Source of the DNA: an uncultured Christensenella sp.
GTDB taxonomy: Bacteria > Bacillota > Clostridia > Christensenellales > UBA3700
Length of the DNA: 64,000 nt
Reading direction: 5' to 3'
Assembly (NCBI GenBank): GCA_950079155.1
Contig: CATMWH010000002.1
Location: 14,929-78,928, forward strand
This document shows positions 1 to 9,746 of the stretch, in pieces. Every line of letters starts with the position of its first letter. Positions within the stretch are counted from its first letter, which is position 1. The notes under the pieces are model-generated. The model saw only the letters and a list, made by a program, of their open reading frames with translations. It made no database searches and was not told the origin of the DNA. The translations under genes and the position numbers were made by a program.

Positions 1-3000
1 AGACACATAATAAGTTCCGACCGGACTTCCCACTTTAACGCCGTCCCATAATTCTATAAGTTGAATACCGTCATTCTCAAAGAACCCCTTTTCTCCTACG
101 ACTTGCGCTACGACATCTCCCGGCAAAGCGTCGCCGTAAATTACGCTGTTGGTATTGAGATACACCTTGATCTTAACTTTTCTTGGCGTAACGGTATATT
201 TTCCTATTGAATTGACGTGTATATCGTAATTGTCCACCTTATTGTACGTCTCTAAATCAGGATCGTTAAGATGATCCAAGTCCGACATATGAGCCTTGTC
301 ATCACTCGTCTCTATGGTATACAAACCTCCTGCATACGCAAACTGATCGGTATTGCTAAGATAAGGCAATATTACGATATTATCGCCGGGGAAGAAATAG
401 TTGTCTTCTCCGATATCCGTTGAGTACCGCCAAGCCCTTACGCCGTCAGCAGCATTGGCATTGCCTATCAATTCCGGCAAAGCGCTGCCGTACTCTCTGC
501 TGTAATCCTTAATATCTATATATACGGTCTTCTTTTCTATCGTGACCATATAAAAGTCGTATAAGACGGTATAGTTATCTTTAGTGGATTCGTTTATCTG
601 CCAACCGGTAGAAGTCGTACCTACCTTGAAGTCTACTCCGACTTTGATTAAATAACTTCCGGCGTCGACGGCTTTATCAACCCATATATCCGTAGGCTTC
701 CAAGTTCCGGGGCTAATCTCCTCCAATCTATTAAATTCAAAAGTTGCAAAACTTGAACTGTATTCATAGGCAATAATACCGCCCTCGCCCATCTGTCTGT
801 TCAACTTAACGCCGACTTCTTCTACGGAAGTTCCGTACGGAACTACCAAGTCTTGATTGTTTCCGTCAATATACGTTGCATAAACTTCTCTCTTTTTTAT
901 TGTCACGTCAACTGTGATAGACGCGTCGTTATAGTTGGTATACGAAGCATTGAGGAAATCGAACTTTATGCGATAGTTTCCGGCGTCAAACGGCTCGGAA
1001 GGCGTCTGCTCAAATACACCAGGCTCTATCTCTTTATAATATGTTACGCCGTCAAACGTCAAATTCGTTCCATCCACGCCTGTAACCGTCACTGACGGCT
1101 CGACTCGATCCTTTACAAGAAAACCGTAAGGATATGAGAAACTCTTTTGCGTGCTCAACGTAGCGTCGGCAGGAATAATTTCAACAAGGAACGTCGTCAC
1201 TTCCGGCAAAATATAGTTACTTGAGTTTATACCGCCTAGCAAACTCATTTCCATCTCGAATTGACCTACGTTGCGCATATTCAATTCCCCGTCACCGTGA
1301 GCGCTATATTCAAACTTAATAATATTTTTATCTTTATTAAGTATATTGTAAAGAACCAATCTTGATCCCGAAGCATTCGCCTGCGACTGATTGGGATAGA
1401 TTTCTATCTCACTTGCCAAATCTATATCGCGCGCTTCGTATGGAACTTTGACGTAATATTTACCGTCTTGCAATTCTTGGGTTACCTTATTGATAATACC
1501 GATTTGACGCTGTTCAATGACAAAGTCAATGCAATACTCGACCTTCCCCGCTCCTGCAAGCGCGTAATTATCGTTAGACAACCCCGTAACGACAACCTTA
1601 TAAGTACCGGCGTTGACGCAACTGTCTACCTTATAATATTCTTTTTCATAATCGTTCCACATCCTATACTCGTAATTTGCCGTACACGTCTCGTTGTTGA
1701 TAAGCGTACCTTTGGGAATAGAAATATCGAACACGACCGGATCTCCGTCATACGTCGTCTTAAATTTGCCGTAAGAAATTATTTCGCCGGTTGCAGGATC
1801 GCTTTCGATATCATCTGTCTTGGTAATATCGTTAGCGTATCCCCAATCTATCGAAGTCAATTTAGGCTCTACTGTCTGAATAACTCTTTGCTGCCAATCT
1901 ATAAGTTTCTCGTTGGCCTTGACAGGCTCGTAATCGGGATATTTCTCCTTATAAGCATTGAAAACCGGATCGTCATATATATACGATACGTATCTATATG
2001 TCGAGTCGACAAATTGAATATAATTATAATTGCGACCTTCTGCGCTCTCGACGTATAGGAATGACTCGTAAGTATCAGGAGATACAATAGCGTCAGACAT
2101 TCTCACAAGCACATTGCTTTTACTGCTTCTCGATACCCAATAACTCTTTCCTGTAAGTCTTCTTATAAATTTAGTATGCTCTTTGTCATAATATAGATTC
2201 AAATTGGGTGCAGTCAGACCTGCGCCGTATCTTACCGACGAGAGCACGACTCTATCGGGATTTGACTCGTCCAATGCGTTGTCATAAGACTTGGTGAAGA
2301 AGACAGCCTTTCCGTGAGTATATTTTATGAGGTAATTTTGATTTTGATTACGAGGTATCTCCGTATGCGTAACGTCGAACTTCTTAGCGTCCTCTATGGA
2401 CGTGGCTTGGTCGTAATAATACTCAAGATCGGTTCTGTTTGTATAAGCATTCGTCACAGACTTTGACCAAAGAATACCTTCGTTGTCCTTGATATCATAC
2501 ACCGCCCACAACGGAGAACTTGTCTCCGTGCCGGCAAATGCAAGATATGCGTGCGTATCGGACGCCGTAGTATAATTTTCTGAGCCGTCGGGCTGAGACA
2601 GAACGTCCTGCATCAAAATATTTGTCGAATAATATCTGCCTTTATTGACTCCGTTGGTACCCTTTGCCGTTGTATAGTCGAACGCAACCGAGAACGTAGT
2701 ACCTGAATACACGTCTTTATTCATAAATATATTAGTTACGTTGGAGTTGGTACTGCTTATCATACCCGCAACGCCGATAATAAGATACCGAATTGAATTA
2801 TCGGTTACGTTGGTCGGAGAATATTGAGTATCAAAAGTCAAAAACTTTGCGTATCCTGTCCAATTATTGATTACGCCGTTTATTGTTCCGGAAGAGCCAA
2901 TCAAACCGGCGAGAGAATTTTGTCCTCCCGAACCGTCGCCGCCGGAAATGCCTGCGATTATTCCCGAGAAAGAGCGTCCTCTTTTAGGACTTGCTTGGTC

Positions 3001-4014
3001 GTTGACGCTTCTTGCGTCAAGATCTCCGCTGCCTTCGGTAACGATATTGTATGCCTGCGCGCTATTTGCCATCCAGCCGACAATTCCGCCCGTCCAACAT
3101 CTTGAATACGGATCGTGATATGCAGTGCCTCCGCTCTTATTTCTTGCGTTTATCGACAACTCAAAATTGTTATTGAGCGTAATCTTACTGTTAGAAACTC
3201 TTGCGGTAGCGGACGTCATCGTACCTACAAATCCGCCCAATGCAAACGAGTGTTGCGTTCTGCTCTCTGCGCCGTAATCAGCCGTTCCTATATTACCATT
3301 CCAAGTGGTATCACTGTAATATTTGATTTTTCCGTTGACAGTGAGACTGCAATTATCTATTGTACCCAAAGAGAGCGCCGCAATCAATCCCATCGTTCCC
3401 GAACAGTTCGTCGCATACGACGTGTCAATATTACCGCTATAAACAAAATTACAATTCTTAATCGTCTGATAATTCCTAAGAAAACCTATCAATCCTCCGT
3501 GAAGATCGACGTAATTGGTATACTTAGTATTTTCACCTGCAAAGAACGTCGACATAAACATCGTCCAACTAATGCTACCCTTATCGCCTGCGGTAAGATC
3601 TGTATCTATGTGCTTTGAAGGATTAGATGCAACATTAGTTGCCGTCAAAGTGATTTTATATCCATTGCCGTTGAGTTCCGTCATATTTACCGACGAAAGA
3701 GTACTTGTAAGACGATTGTCATCCCAAAAGAAATTGTTTATATCATTGGTTAGATAACCCTTGCCGCTTCCTGACGACAAGAAATCCCTCAATTCGGCAG
3801 GGGTGGAAATTGGAGTTCCGTCATTACTTATATTACCGTGCACTTCGCCGTTAGACATAATACTATTCAACTTATCTTGCGTGGCATTGCGCGCGGAAGC
3901 CGAATTTGCGCTTGCGACATCTGCGCTCTGCCCCACAAAGGATATAACAAAGCACAAAATCAATATTAAAGTTATTCCCAAAACAATTATAGTTTTCTTT
4001 TTTGTCTGCGTCAT
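1..4014 (-). CDS. Giant cell-surface protein, N-terminal portion (C-terminus lies beyond window start): signal anchor, Gly-rich GLUG-like motifs, MBG-type repeats
   Basis: Absent from the ORF track because there is no stop inside the window. My own minus-strand translation is open from ATG 4014-4012 (GGAGG upstream) to position 1: MTQTKKKTIIVLGITLILILCFVISFVG... It contains GGLIGF, GGFVGT and GGIVGW motifs and repeat units ending ...YGDALPGDV...VGTYYVS. It follows the stop of the upstream giant gene by 16 nt. Confidence 0.75.
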   Translation of the reverse strand, partial: MTQTKKKTIIVLGITLILILCFVISFVGQSADVASANSASARNATQDKLNSIMSNGEVHGNISNDGTPISTPAELRDFLSSGSGKGYLTNDINNFFWDDNRLTSTLSSVNMTELNGNGYKITLTATNVASNPSKHIDTDLTAGDKGSISWTMFMSTFFAGENTKYTNYVDLHGGLIGFLRNYQTIKNCNFVYSGNIDTSYATNCSGTMGLIAALSLGTIDNCSLTVNGKIKYYSDTTWNGNIGTADYGAESRTQHSFALGGFVGTMTSATARVSNSKITLNNNFELSINARNKSGGTAYHDPYSRCWTGGIVGWMANSAQAYNIVTEGSGDLDARSVNDQASPKRGRSFSGIIAGISGGDGSGGQNSLAGLIGSSGTINGVINNWTGYAKFLTFDTQYSPTNVTDNSIRYLIIGVAGMISSTNSNVTNIFMNKDVYSGTTFSVAFDYTTAKGTNGVNKGRYYSTNILMQDVLSQPDGSENYTTASDTHAYLAFAGTETSSPLWAVYDIKDNEGILWSKSVTNAYTNRTDLEYYYDQATSIEDAKKFDVTHTEIPRNQNQNYLIKYTHGKAVFFTKSYDNALDESNPDRVVLSSVRYGAGLTAPNLNLYYDKEHTKFIRRLTGKSYWVSRSSKSNVLVRMSDAIVSPDTYESFLYVESAEGRNYNYIQFVDSTYRYVSYIYDDPVFNAYKEKYPDYEPVKANEKLIDWQQRVIQTVEPKLTSIDWGYANDITKTDDIESDPATGEIISYGKFKTTYDGDPVVFDISIPKGTLINNETCTANYEYRMWNDYEKEYYKVDSCVNAGTYKVVVTGLSNDNYALAGAGKVEYCIDFVIEQRQIGIINKVTQELQDGKYYVKVPYEARDIDLASEIEIYPNQSQANASGSRLVLYNILNKDKNIIKFEYSAHGDGELNMRNVGQFEMEMSLLGGINSSNYILPEVTTFLVEIIPADATLSTQKSFSYPYGFLVKDRVEPSVTVTGVDGTNLTFDGVTYYKEIEPGVFEQTPSEPFDAGNYRIKFDFLNASYTNYNDASITVDVTIKKREVYATYIDGNNQDLVVPYGTSVEEVGVKLNRQMGEGGIIAYEYSSSFATFEFNRLEEISPGTWKPTDIWVDKAVDAGSYLIKVGVDFKVGTTSTGWQINESTKDNYTVLYDFYMVTIEKKTVYIDIKDYSREYGSALPELIGNANAADGVRAWRYSTDIGEDNYFFPGDNIVILPYLSNTDQFAYAGGLYTIETSDDKAHMSDLDHLNDPDLETYNKVDNYDIHVNSIGKYTVTPRKVKIKVYLNTNSVIYGDALPGDVVAQVVGEKGFFENDGIQLIELWDGVKVGSPVGTYYVS

Positions 4015-4029
4015 AATTCTTCCTCCATA

Positions 4030-7000
4030 TTAAACAATGCCTGCTTTCTTTCTCTTCTTGACCACGATCACTGCGGTGATTGTCGCAGCCGCCATAAGTA
4101 CCGCGACAGCGCCTATTGCCACCCAACCGACTGTAGAGATTTCAGCGCTGTTGATTTCGCCTACATCAACCGTCCAATATCTGTCGATATAGAAGTTATC
4201 GTTGGGAATTACAATCCACACAGTGTACCTTCCGTCGGCAATAATTCCGTTTTCGTCGGGCGTAACGATTTCGCCTTTGTCTTCGTTGCCCTTGAGATAT
4301 TTGCGGTACTGCAATAAGCACTCGACGGAATTCCCGCCTGCGTCTACAAAATAGCCTCTGTATGCGCTGAGATTCATTCCGCTCGGCACCTTGTTAGGCA
4401 ATGTCTTGCTGATTTCTTTATATGGCAACAATGCCTGTCTAATTGTGATTTGAGTCTTGAGTACCAAGTCCTCATAGTTGGCTGATTTTAATGTAACCTC
4501 TCCGGTATAATAGGAAGGACCTACTCCCGGCTCGATATATACGTCGGTAGCATACGCGTTGCCTTCCGAATATCCGTCGCTGATAATGACAGGTTCGCCA
4601 TTATAACTCATTCCGCCGTTGCCGTCATATTTAATTCCCAAGAAAGTTACGTCGTGTCTCTTACCGTCATACGCTACGTCCACAAGACCTGCCGTCACGC
4701 CTTCCATCTTAGCCTTTTTGATAGTGACTTTCGTCTGGAGTTCCTTGGTCGCATATCCATCTTTAGAGATGGTCATTGTTACGTTGTAATCTCTTGCGTC
4801 TATGAACTCAAAACCTTTGATTGCCTCGTTGGCGTTGGTTCCGTCGCATTGAATTTGGCTGACGCCGTATCTAAATGTAATCTTCAATCCGGTATAATTA
4901 AACAATCCGCTTACGGTAGGCACGTGATTTTTTCCGTCGTAAACTGCTTCGACAGAGTTAAATGTAATACCTTTGAGTTCTGCTTCGTTGATTATCATAA
5001 CTACGTCTAAAGAACTGGTATCGTAATCGTCGTTGCCTTTATAAGTTACTTTATATTCATATCTACCCGTCTCTGAATACCAGCCGCCGCCTTCATTAGG
5101 ACTTGGAGCAACGTCTACAAAACTTCCGTTGGTGTCTTTATACTGCACCTTGACTATACCTTCCGCAGACATACTTGCAGACCAAAGTTGCTTGTTGCTC
5201 GAAGATACAACTTCTGCGACTGCGTCAACAAGGTCATAGGTAAACATCTCTGCCGTATAACTGTATTCCAATACGACTTTTTCTACGTTGACCGTCGTCG
5301 AAGCCTTTACTATGACAAGATAGCCCTCTGCATAATCGCTCTTAGGGAAGAAGTTAGGATTGTCTTTTGTGACAAATTCTACTCTTACAAGATACAAACC
5401 TCTTTCTTTCGGATACTCCGTCATAGGCTCATCGCTTACTTTACCGACAATTTTTTGTTCAGCGGCATTATACACAGCGCCTTCGAGATACTCGTAATAA
5501 GTTACTTTCAAGTCACTGTCGGAATAGAGTCCTTGCTCTTTAGCCTCTTCGTCAATCACCAAATCATACTCCAATTGTTCCTCTGTATAATCCTTTATTC
5601 TCACACCCGTTTGGATATCCAACTGTCCTCTTGCAATACTGAACTTAAAAGAGTTCTGCCCTGCAATTACGTAATTGTTGTTGGACAAAGTGAGATTTAC
5701 CGTATACAAGCCTACTGCGCTCAAAGTGCTGGCGGGCTTGTTGTTGAGAATGTACTCAACATTGACTTTTTGAGCCTCGCCGTTGACATCTTGATACGTA
5801 CCGGTGATATTATGCACCTTACCGGCTTTGATACCCGTAGGTATATTGCCTACGTCACCGCCGTCAAATCTCAAATCGACTGAAATCGGTCTCGGATTGA
5901 TAACAATCGTCGTCGAATTGATACGGTATTCTATATTACCATATCCGTTGGGAGAGATGCCTTTGACGTCATATTCGTCTATATTTGCCGTCGAAGACGC
6001 TTTAGTATCAATCTTGACAGTCACGAATTCTCCGGTAGACTCCACGTATACGTCTATTTCGGTAGGAATGCTGTCTCCGTAATAATACTGCTTACTACTG
6101 CTGAATGCCTCTTGCTCGCTAAGTTCTATTACGACTTCGCGTTTTGTGATTTTGACGTCTACTTCTACCGTCTCCCAATACGTTCCCTCCTCGACCTCTA
6201 CGTCCTCTTCAAAGTTGATGACTGACAAATCGGTAAAATAAACGATATAGTTATATCCGTCCACGCCGGTCAAAACAACTTGGAAAGACAGTTTTGAATC
6301 TCCCACTGCAGACGACTTATATCTCATCTCTACGGGAACAATACCGTTCTCGCCCAAGTCTATAGGATTTCTCATGAATATCCCCGAAGGAGAGTATATT
6401 ACTCCCAAATGGTCGTTGGAATAGAATCCGTAACTATTGAGCAAAGACAAGTCCGTATAGAATTGATAGCCGTTCTTTCCCGCATACTCGTCCGTGCCGT
6501 CATACTGTTTGTCGAGATACCTGGATTTATCTTCTTCGCTTCTCAAAATCTCTTCGACGCTCAAAACTCTGCCGTTGTCATTGACAAAGATATTATTGAG
6601 ATTGGTGTCAAGATATATATTCGCGACTCTCAACCATATTATATAGTTGCCGATGACGTCATTGGGAAGTCTATCTCCTTTTGCGTCCGTCGGAAAAACT
6701 TCTTCCTCATATAGCCCCGCTTCGTTGACCATCTTTATCTTAAAATCATCACCGAGCCCGGTATTTATATTGCCCATATTCCAGTCAATAGTAAATGTCT
6801 TGACTGCTCCGCTATCCGTCAGAAGATCGGGGCTTGCAATCCAAATATCTTCACCCTGCGCGTCTCTTTGATAACTGTAATACATTCTCCAGCCCGACAT
6901 ACCGAAGTTAGCGACATAACGCACCGTGACGTTTTTGGTACTGTAGTTAAATCTGCCTTCAGGTCTGTACGACGACCCGGAAAAAGAAAGTTTTCCTTCA

Positions 7001-9732
7001 ATTCTGTCCACGTTGATTTGCAAATTTACAGGCGCAGTATGACCTCTCGCGTCGGTATACTCCAACACTATAGGTCTGCTATCGTTGATAGTTACGGTAA
7101 CATTTCTATCGCCGTTGATATTGAGCACTTCTTCATCAATATTACTTCCTTTAGGTGCAATTGCAATACCCGACTTTCCATTGTCGCTTACGGAAAATTT
7201 TGCCAAAATCTGATTTTTTGTCCAGTGCTCTTGAATATACTCTAAGTCGTCTTCGGACAAAAGTCTCTCTACGCCGTCTTCGACCATATAATACTCTATT
7301 TCGCCGACCTCCGGAGCCTCTCTGTCAATACGAACGGTTCTGCTATCGCTGACTGCAACTACAACGTTTTCTTCAGTGACGGTGTCCCTCTTATAGGCAT
7401 AGAAAGTATACGCCGTACCGTTTTTACCGGTAGTCTCTGTGACGGTATAGTACGCGCTTGCTCCTATTATTCTAAATCCGTCTGCCGAATCGCTTGGGAA
7501 TTCGCCGTTACGTTGGAATTCTATACTGTCAAAGTCGCTTGCGCTATTCATAGTCAGTTCAAACGTAACTTGATCCTGCCAACCGTCCGTAGTCGTGGTT
7601 CCGCTACCGAAAGCGAGTACGCCTTGCAAAATCGAAAAAACATAATCAGTCTTAGGTTGCCAAGCAAGCATCCTCTCCGTTTCGTTATAATATCCGTACG
7701 TACGCTCGCCAAGTTTAGTCTCAGCCTTCATTCTGTACGTGCCCGGCATATACGCTTGAGAAATATTTACGGTTTTACCGCTACGCGAAATGTTCCATAG
7801 ATTTTCATTTGCAAATACGCTCGTATCAAACGCAGGATAATTGGTCATAGTGACTGTCGGAAGTTTAAGCGGATCCGCTGTACCGTTATACGGTCTGACT
7901 CCGTTGTTTCCGTTGGTGTCGCTGTATTCCAAAATTCCCATACGTCCGAATTCATAATTATATTTGCCGACATTTGTAGAAGCTATCATATAAATCTCGG
8001 CATAGATTGGATCGTCAAGTATAAGGCTGATGTGATTTGAAGAATCGTAATCGTTTGAAAAAGTACCTGACCAAATAAAGCCGCCGCCTTCGCCTTCGCG
8101 CATCTTATATTGATAATAACGCGACGAGCCAGTCAAATTGACAGAGTCCATTGCTCCGCTGTTTTTAAATTCGTCGTGTCCGTCCGCAACTATATGTAAT
8201 CTTATATCATAGTTAGGATTATCCATATCAAACATAGCGGTTATAGTTCCGCCTTCGGACGCCGGATTAATCTCCAACCAATTTCTTAAATTACCGGAAG
8301 CGTCCAATACGAGTTTCCCATCAGGCGCGGTAGGTTTAAAAGCGTGATTTCCCGACGCATTATTGTCCATCAACGTCTCAAGATTAAATAAAATTGCAAG
8401 ACTCTCTATTTCATCATCACTTCCCACAGCGTCAAAAAGCGACCCCATAGACTCCTGCGGTCTGTTGTTGTAGTTGCTAAATCTACTACCGGTCCAAGAT
8501 GAAATGATACCTTTTATTTGACCTACTCTTACGCGCACGTCTGTATCGCTGTTACAATCGGTTACGCTGGAGTCCGTCGCAATTTTAACACAACCTCCTG
8601 CGATACCTCCGGAATACGACTTGAATTTTCCGTCTTTTGCCGCTCTGTTTGCAAAAGCCTTGACTTGTCCGTTACCTGTCAATGCGCAGTAAGTAATTTG
8701 AGCAGTACCGGAGTCGATATTTCCCACGAGACCGCCTGCGACTGCCAAAGCGTTGTGATTGTCTGTCAAAGGATTTGAAGTGGCTTTTCCTTGCGCGCCG
8801 GCAAATACGCCTGCGCCGTTAGCCAAATCTACCCAACAGTTGTTGATCTTGCTGTTGTCTTCTATTCTACCCGCAATAGCGCCGGAGTATCCTGCATTTT
8901 CAAGATAAAGCCCCGACTTGCCGGCTCTTTTAATTACCGTAAAAGCATTTTTGACGCTTATCTTCAAGTTGTCGATCACACCGCCGTATCCATTGAGTCC
9001 CGCAACTATTCCCGCTGCAAATACGCCTTCCCTACTGGACATAAGTCTATCTACGGTAGACATACCCAAGTCGCCCGTCTTATTGCCGGTCTCGCCCCAT
9101 ACTGCCTCAATTACGTTGTGGGGAGAAGTATAGTCAAGAGTAAAGTTGGTAATAGTACCGTAGTTTTGCGCTACTAAAAAACCGCTAAATTCGTACCAAA
9201 TATCGATGTTGTCATATCTATCCGCGCCGTTTCTATAAGTTGATCTATAGCCTTCATTGTCTTTGATTTCTTCAGTTGAGTTCGCAAGACCAACGCCGCC
9301 GTAAATTTTTACGGTATAACCATTGCCGTCGAATATATCGTCAAATATAGCGGCAGAACTGCTTTGGTTGATAGTATCATACCCCTCTCTGGTGGCATTA
9401 TAGGCTATCGCTACGTCGCAAGTAAGAAACCCTACTTTATAACTGCTGTACTCCCCTGAGAGAAATCCGTATAGTTCTGCACCGGATGTGATGGAAAATA
9501 CTTGGCTTGTAGAAACGCCGTATTTTGCGGCTATTGTATCGCGGTTGTAATGCTGTCCGTTAGGAAGAGTACCGTTGTCACCTTGATACTCTGCCGTATA
9601 GAGCACGCCTGCCGCCGCTTGCGCCTTAGGTTGAGTATTTGTCAAAAACGTCACTGCAACCAAAGACAGCACAAGCGCCGCAATTATAAAAATCGATATT
9701 AGACTAATTTTCCTTAAAGTCTTCCCTTTCAT
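4030..9732 (-). CDS. Giant surface protein (1900 aa): N-terminal signal peptide, GLUG-like Gly-rich region, many MBG/Ig-like repeats, C-terminal TM anchor with basic tail
   Basis: ORF track. N-terminus is ISLISIFIIAALVLSLVAV...AQAAAG. Motifs AGGLVGN and GGIAGG are present. Repeated YDGKNH/YDGKRH units and NNNYVI-type repeat ends occur. C-terminus is VGWVAIGAVAVLMAAATITAVIVVKKRKKAGIV. ATG at 9732 has a G-rich RBS. Confidence 0.85.
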   Translation of the reverse strand: MKGKTLRKISLISIFIIAALVLSLVAVTFLTNTQPKAQAAAGVLYTAEYQGDNGTLPNGQHYNRDTIAAKYGVSTSQVFSITSGAELYGFLSGEYSSYKVGFLTCDVAIAYNATREGYDTINQSSSAAIFDDIFDGNGYTVKIYGGVGLANSTEEIKDNEGYRSTYRNGADRYDNIDIWYEFSGFLVAQNYGTITNFTLDYTSPHNVIEAVWGETGNKTGDLGMSTVDRLMSSREGVFAAGIVAGLNGYGGVIDNLKISVKNAFTVIKRAGKSGLYLENAGYSGAIAGRIEDNSKINNCWVDLANGAGVFAGAQGKATSNPLTDNHNALAVAGGLVGNIDSGTAQITYCALTGNGQVKAFANRAAKDGKFKSYSGGIAGGCVKIATDSSVTDCNSDTDVRVRVGQIKGIISSWTGSRFSNYNNRPQESMGSLFDAVGSDDEIESLAILFNLETLMDNNASGNHAFKPTAPDGKLVLDASGNLRNWLEINPASEGGTITAMFDMDNPNYDIRLHIVADGHDEFKNSGAMDSVNLTGSSRYYQYKMREGEGGGFIWSGTFSNDYDSSNHISLILDDPIYAEIYMIASTNVGKYNYEFGRMGILEYSDTNGNNGVRPYNGTADPLKLPTVTMTNYPAFDTSVFANENLWNISRSGKTVNISQAYMPGTYRMKAETKLGERTYGYYNETERMLAWQPKTDYVFSILQGVLAFGSGTTTTDGWQDQVTFELTMNSASDFDSIEFQRNGEFPSDSADGFRIIGASAYYTVTETTGKNGTAYTFYAYKRDTVTEENVVVAVSDSRTVRIDREAPEVGEIEYYMVEDGVERLLSEDDLEYIQEHWTKNQILAKFSVSDNGKSGIAIAPKGSNIDEEVLNINGDRNVTVTINDSRPIVLEYTDARGHTAPVNLQINVDRIEGKLSFSGSSYRPEGRFNYSTKNVTVRYVANFGMSGWRMYYSYQRDAQGEDIWIASPDLLTDSGAVKTFTIDWNMGNINTGLGDDFKIKMVNEAGLYEEEVFPTDAKGDRLPNDVIGNYIIWLRVANIYLDTNLNNIFVNDNGRVLSVEEILRSEEDKSRYLDKQYDGTDEYAGKNGYQFYTDLSLLNSYGFYSNDHLGVIYSPSGIFMRNPIDLGENGIVPVEMRYKSSAVGDSKLSFQVVLTGVDGYNYIVYFTDLSVINFEEDVEVEEGTYWETVEVDVKITKREVVIELSEQEAFSSSKQYYYGDSIPTEIDVYVESTGEFVTVKIDTKASSTANIDEYDVKGISPNGYGNIEYRINSTTIVINPRPISVDLRFDGGDVGNIPTGIKAGKVHNITGTYQDVNGEAQKVNVEYILNNKPASTLSAVGLYTVNLTLSNNNYVIAGQNSFKFSIARGQLDIQTGVRIKDYTEEQLEYDLVIDEEAKEQGLYSDSDLKVTYYEYLEGAVYNAAEQKIVGKVSDEPMTEYPKERGLYLVRVEFVTKDNPNFFPKSDYAEGYLVIVKASTTVNVEKVVLEYSYTAEMFTYDLVDAVAEVVSSSNKQLWSASMSAEGIVKVQYKDTNGSFVDVAPSPNEGGGWYSETGRYEYKVTYKGNDDYDTSSLDVVMIINEAELKGITFNSVEAVYDGKNHVPTVSGLFNYTGLKITFRYGVSQIQCDGTNANEAIKGFEFIDARDYNVTMTISKDGYATKELQTKVTIKKAKMEGVTAGLVDVAYDGKRHDVTFLGIKYDGNGGMSYNGEPVIISDGYSEGNAYATDVYIEPGVGPSYYTGEVTLKSANYEDLVLKTQITIRQALLPYKEISKTLPNKVPSGMNLSAYRGYFVDAGGNSVECLLQYRKYLKGNEDKGEIVTPDENGIIADGRYTVWIVIPNDNFYIDRYWTVDVGEINSAEISTVGWVAIGAVAVLMAAATITAVIVVKKRKKAGIV

Positions 9733-9746
9733 CTAATTATCCCCCA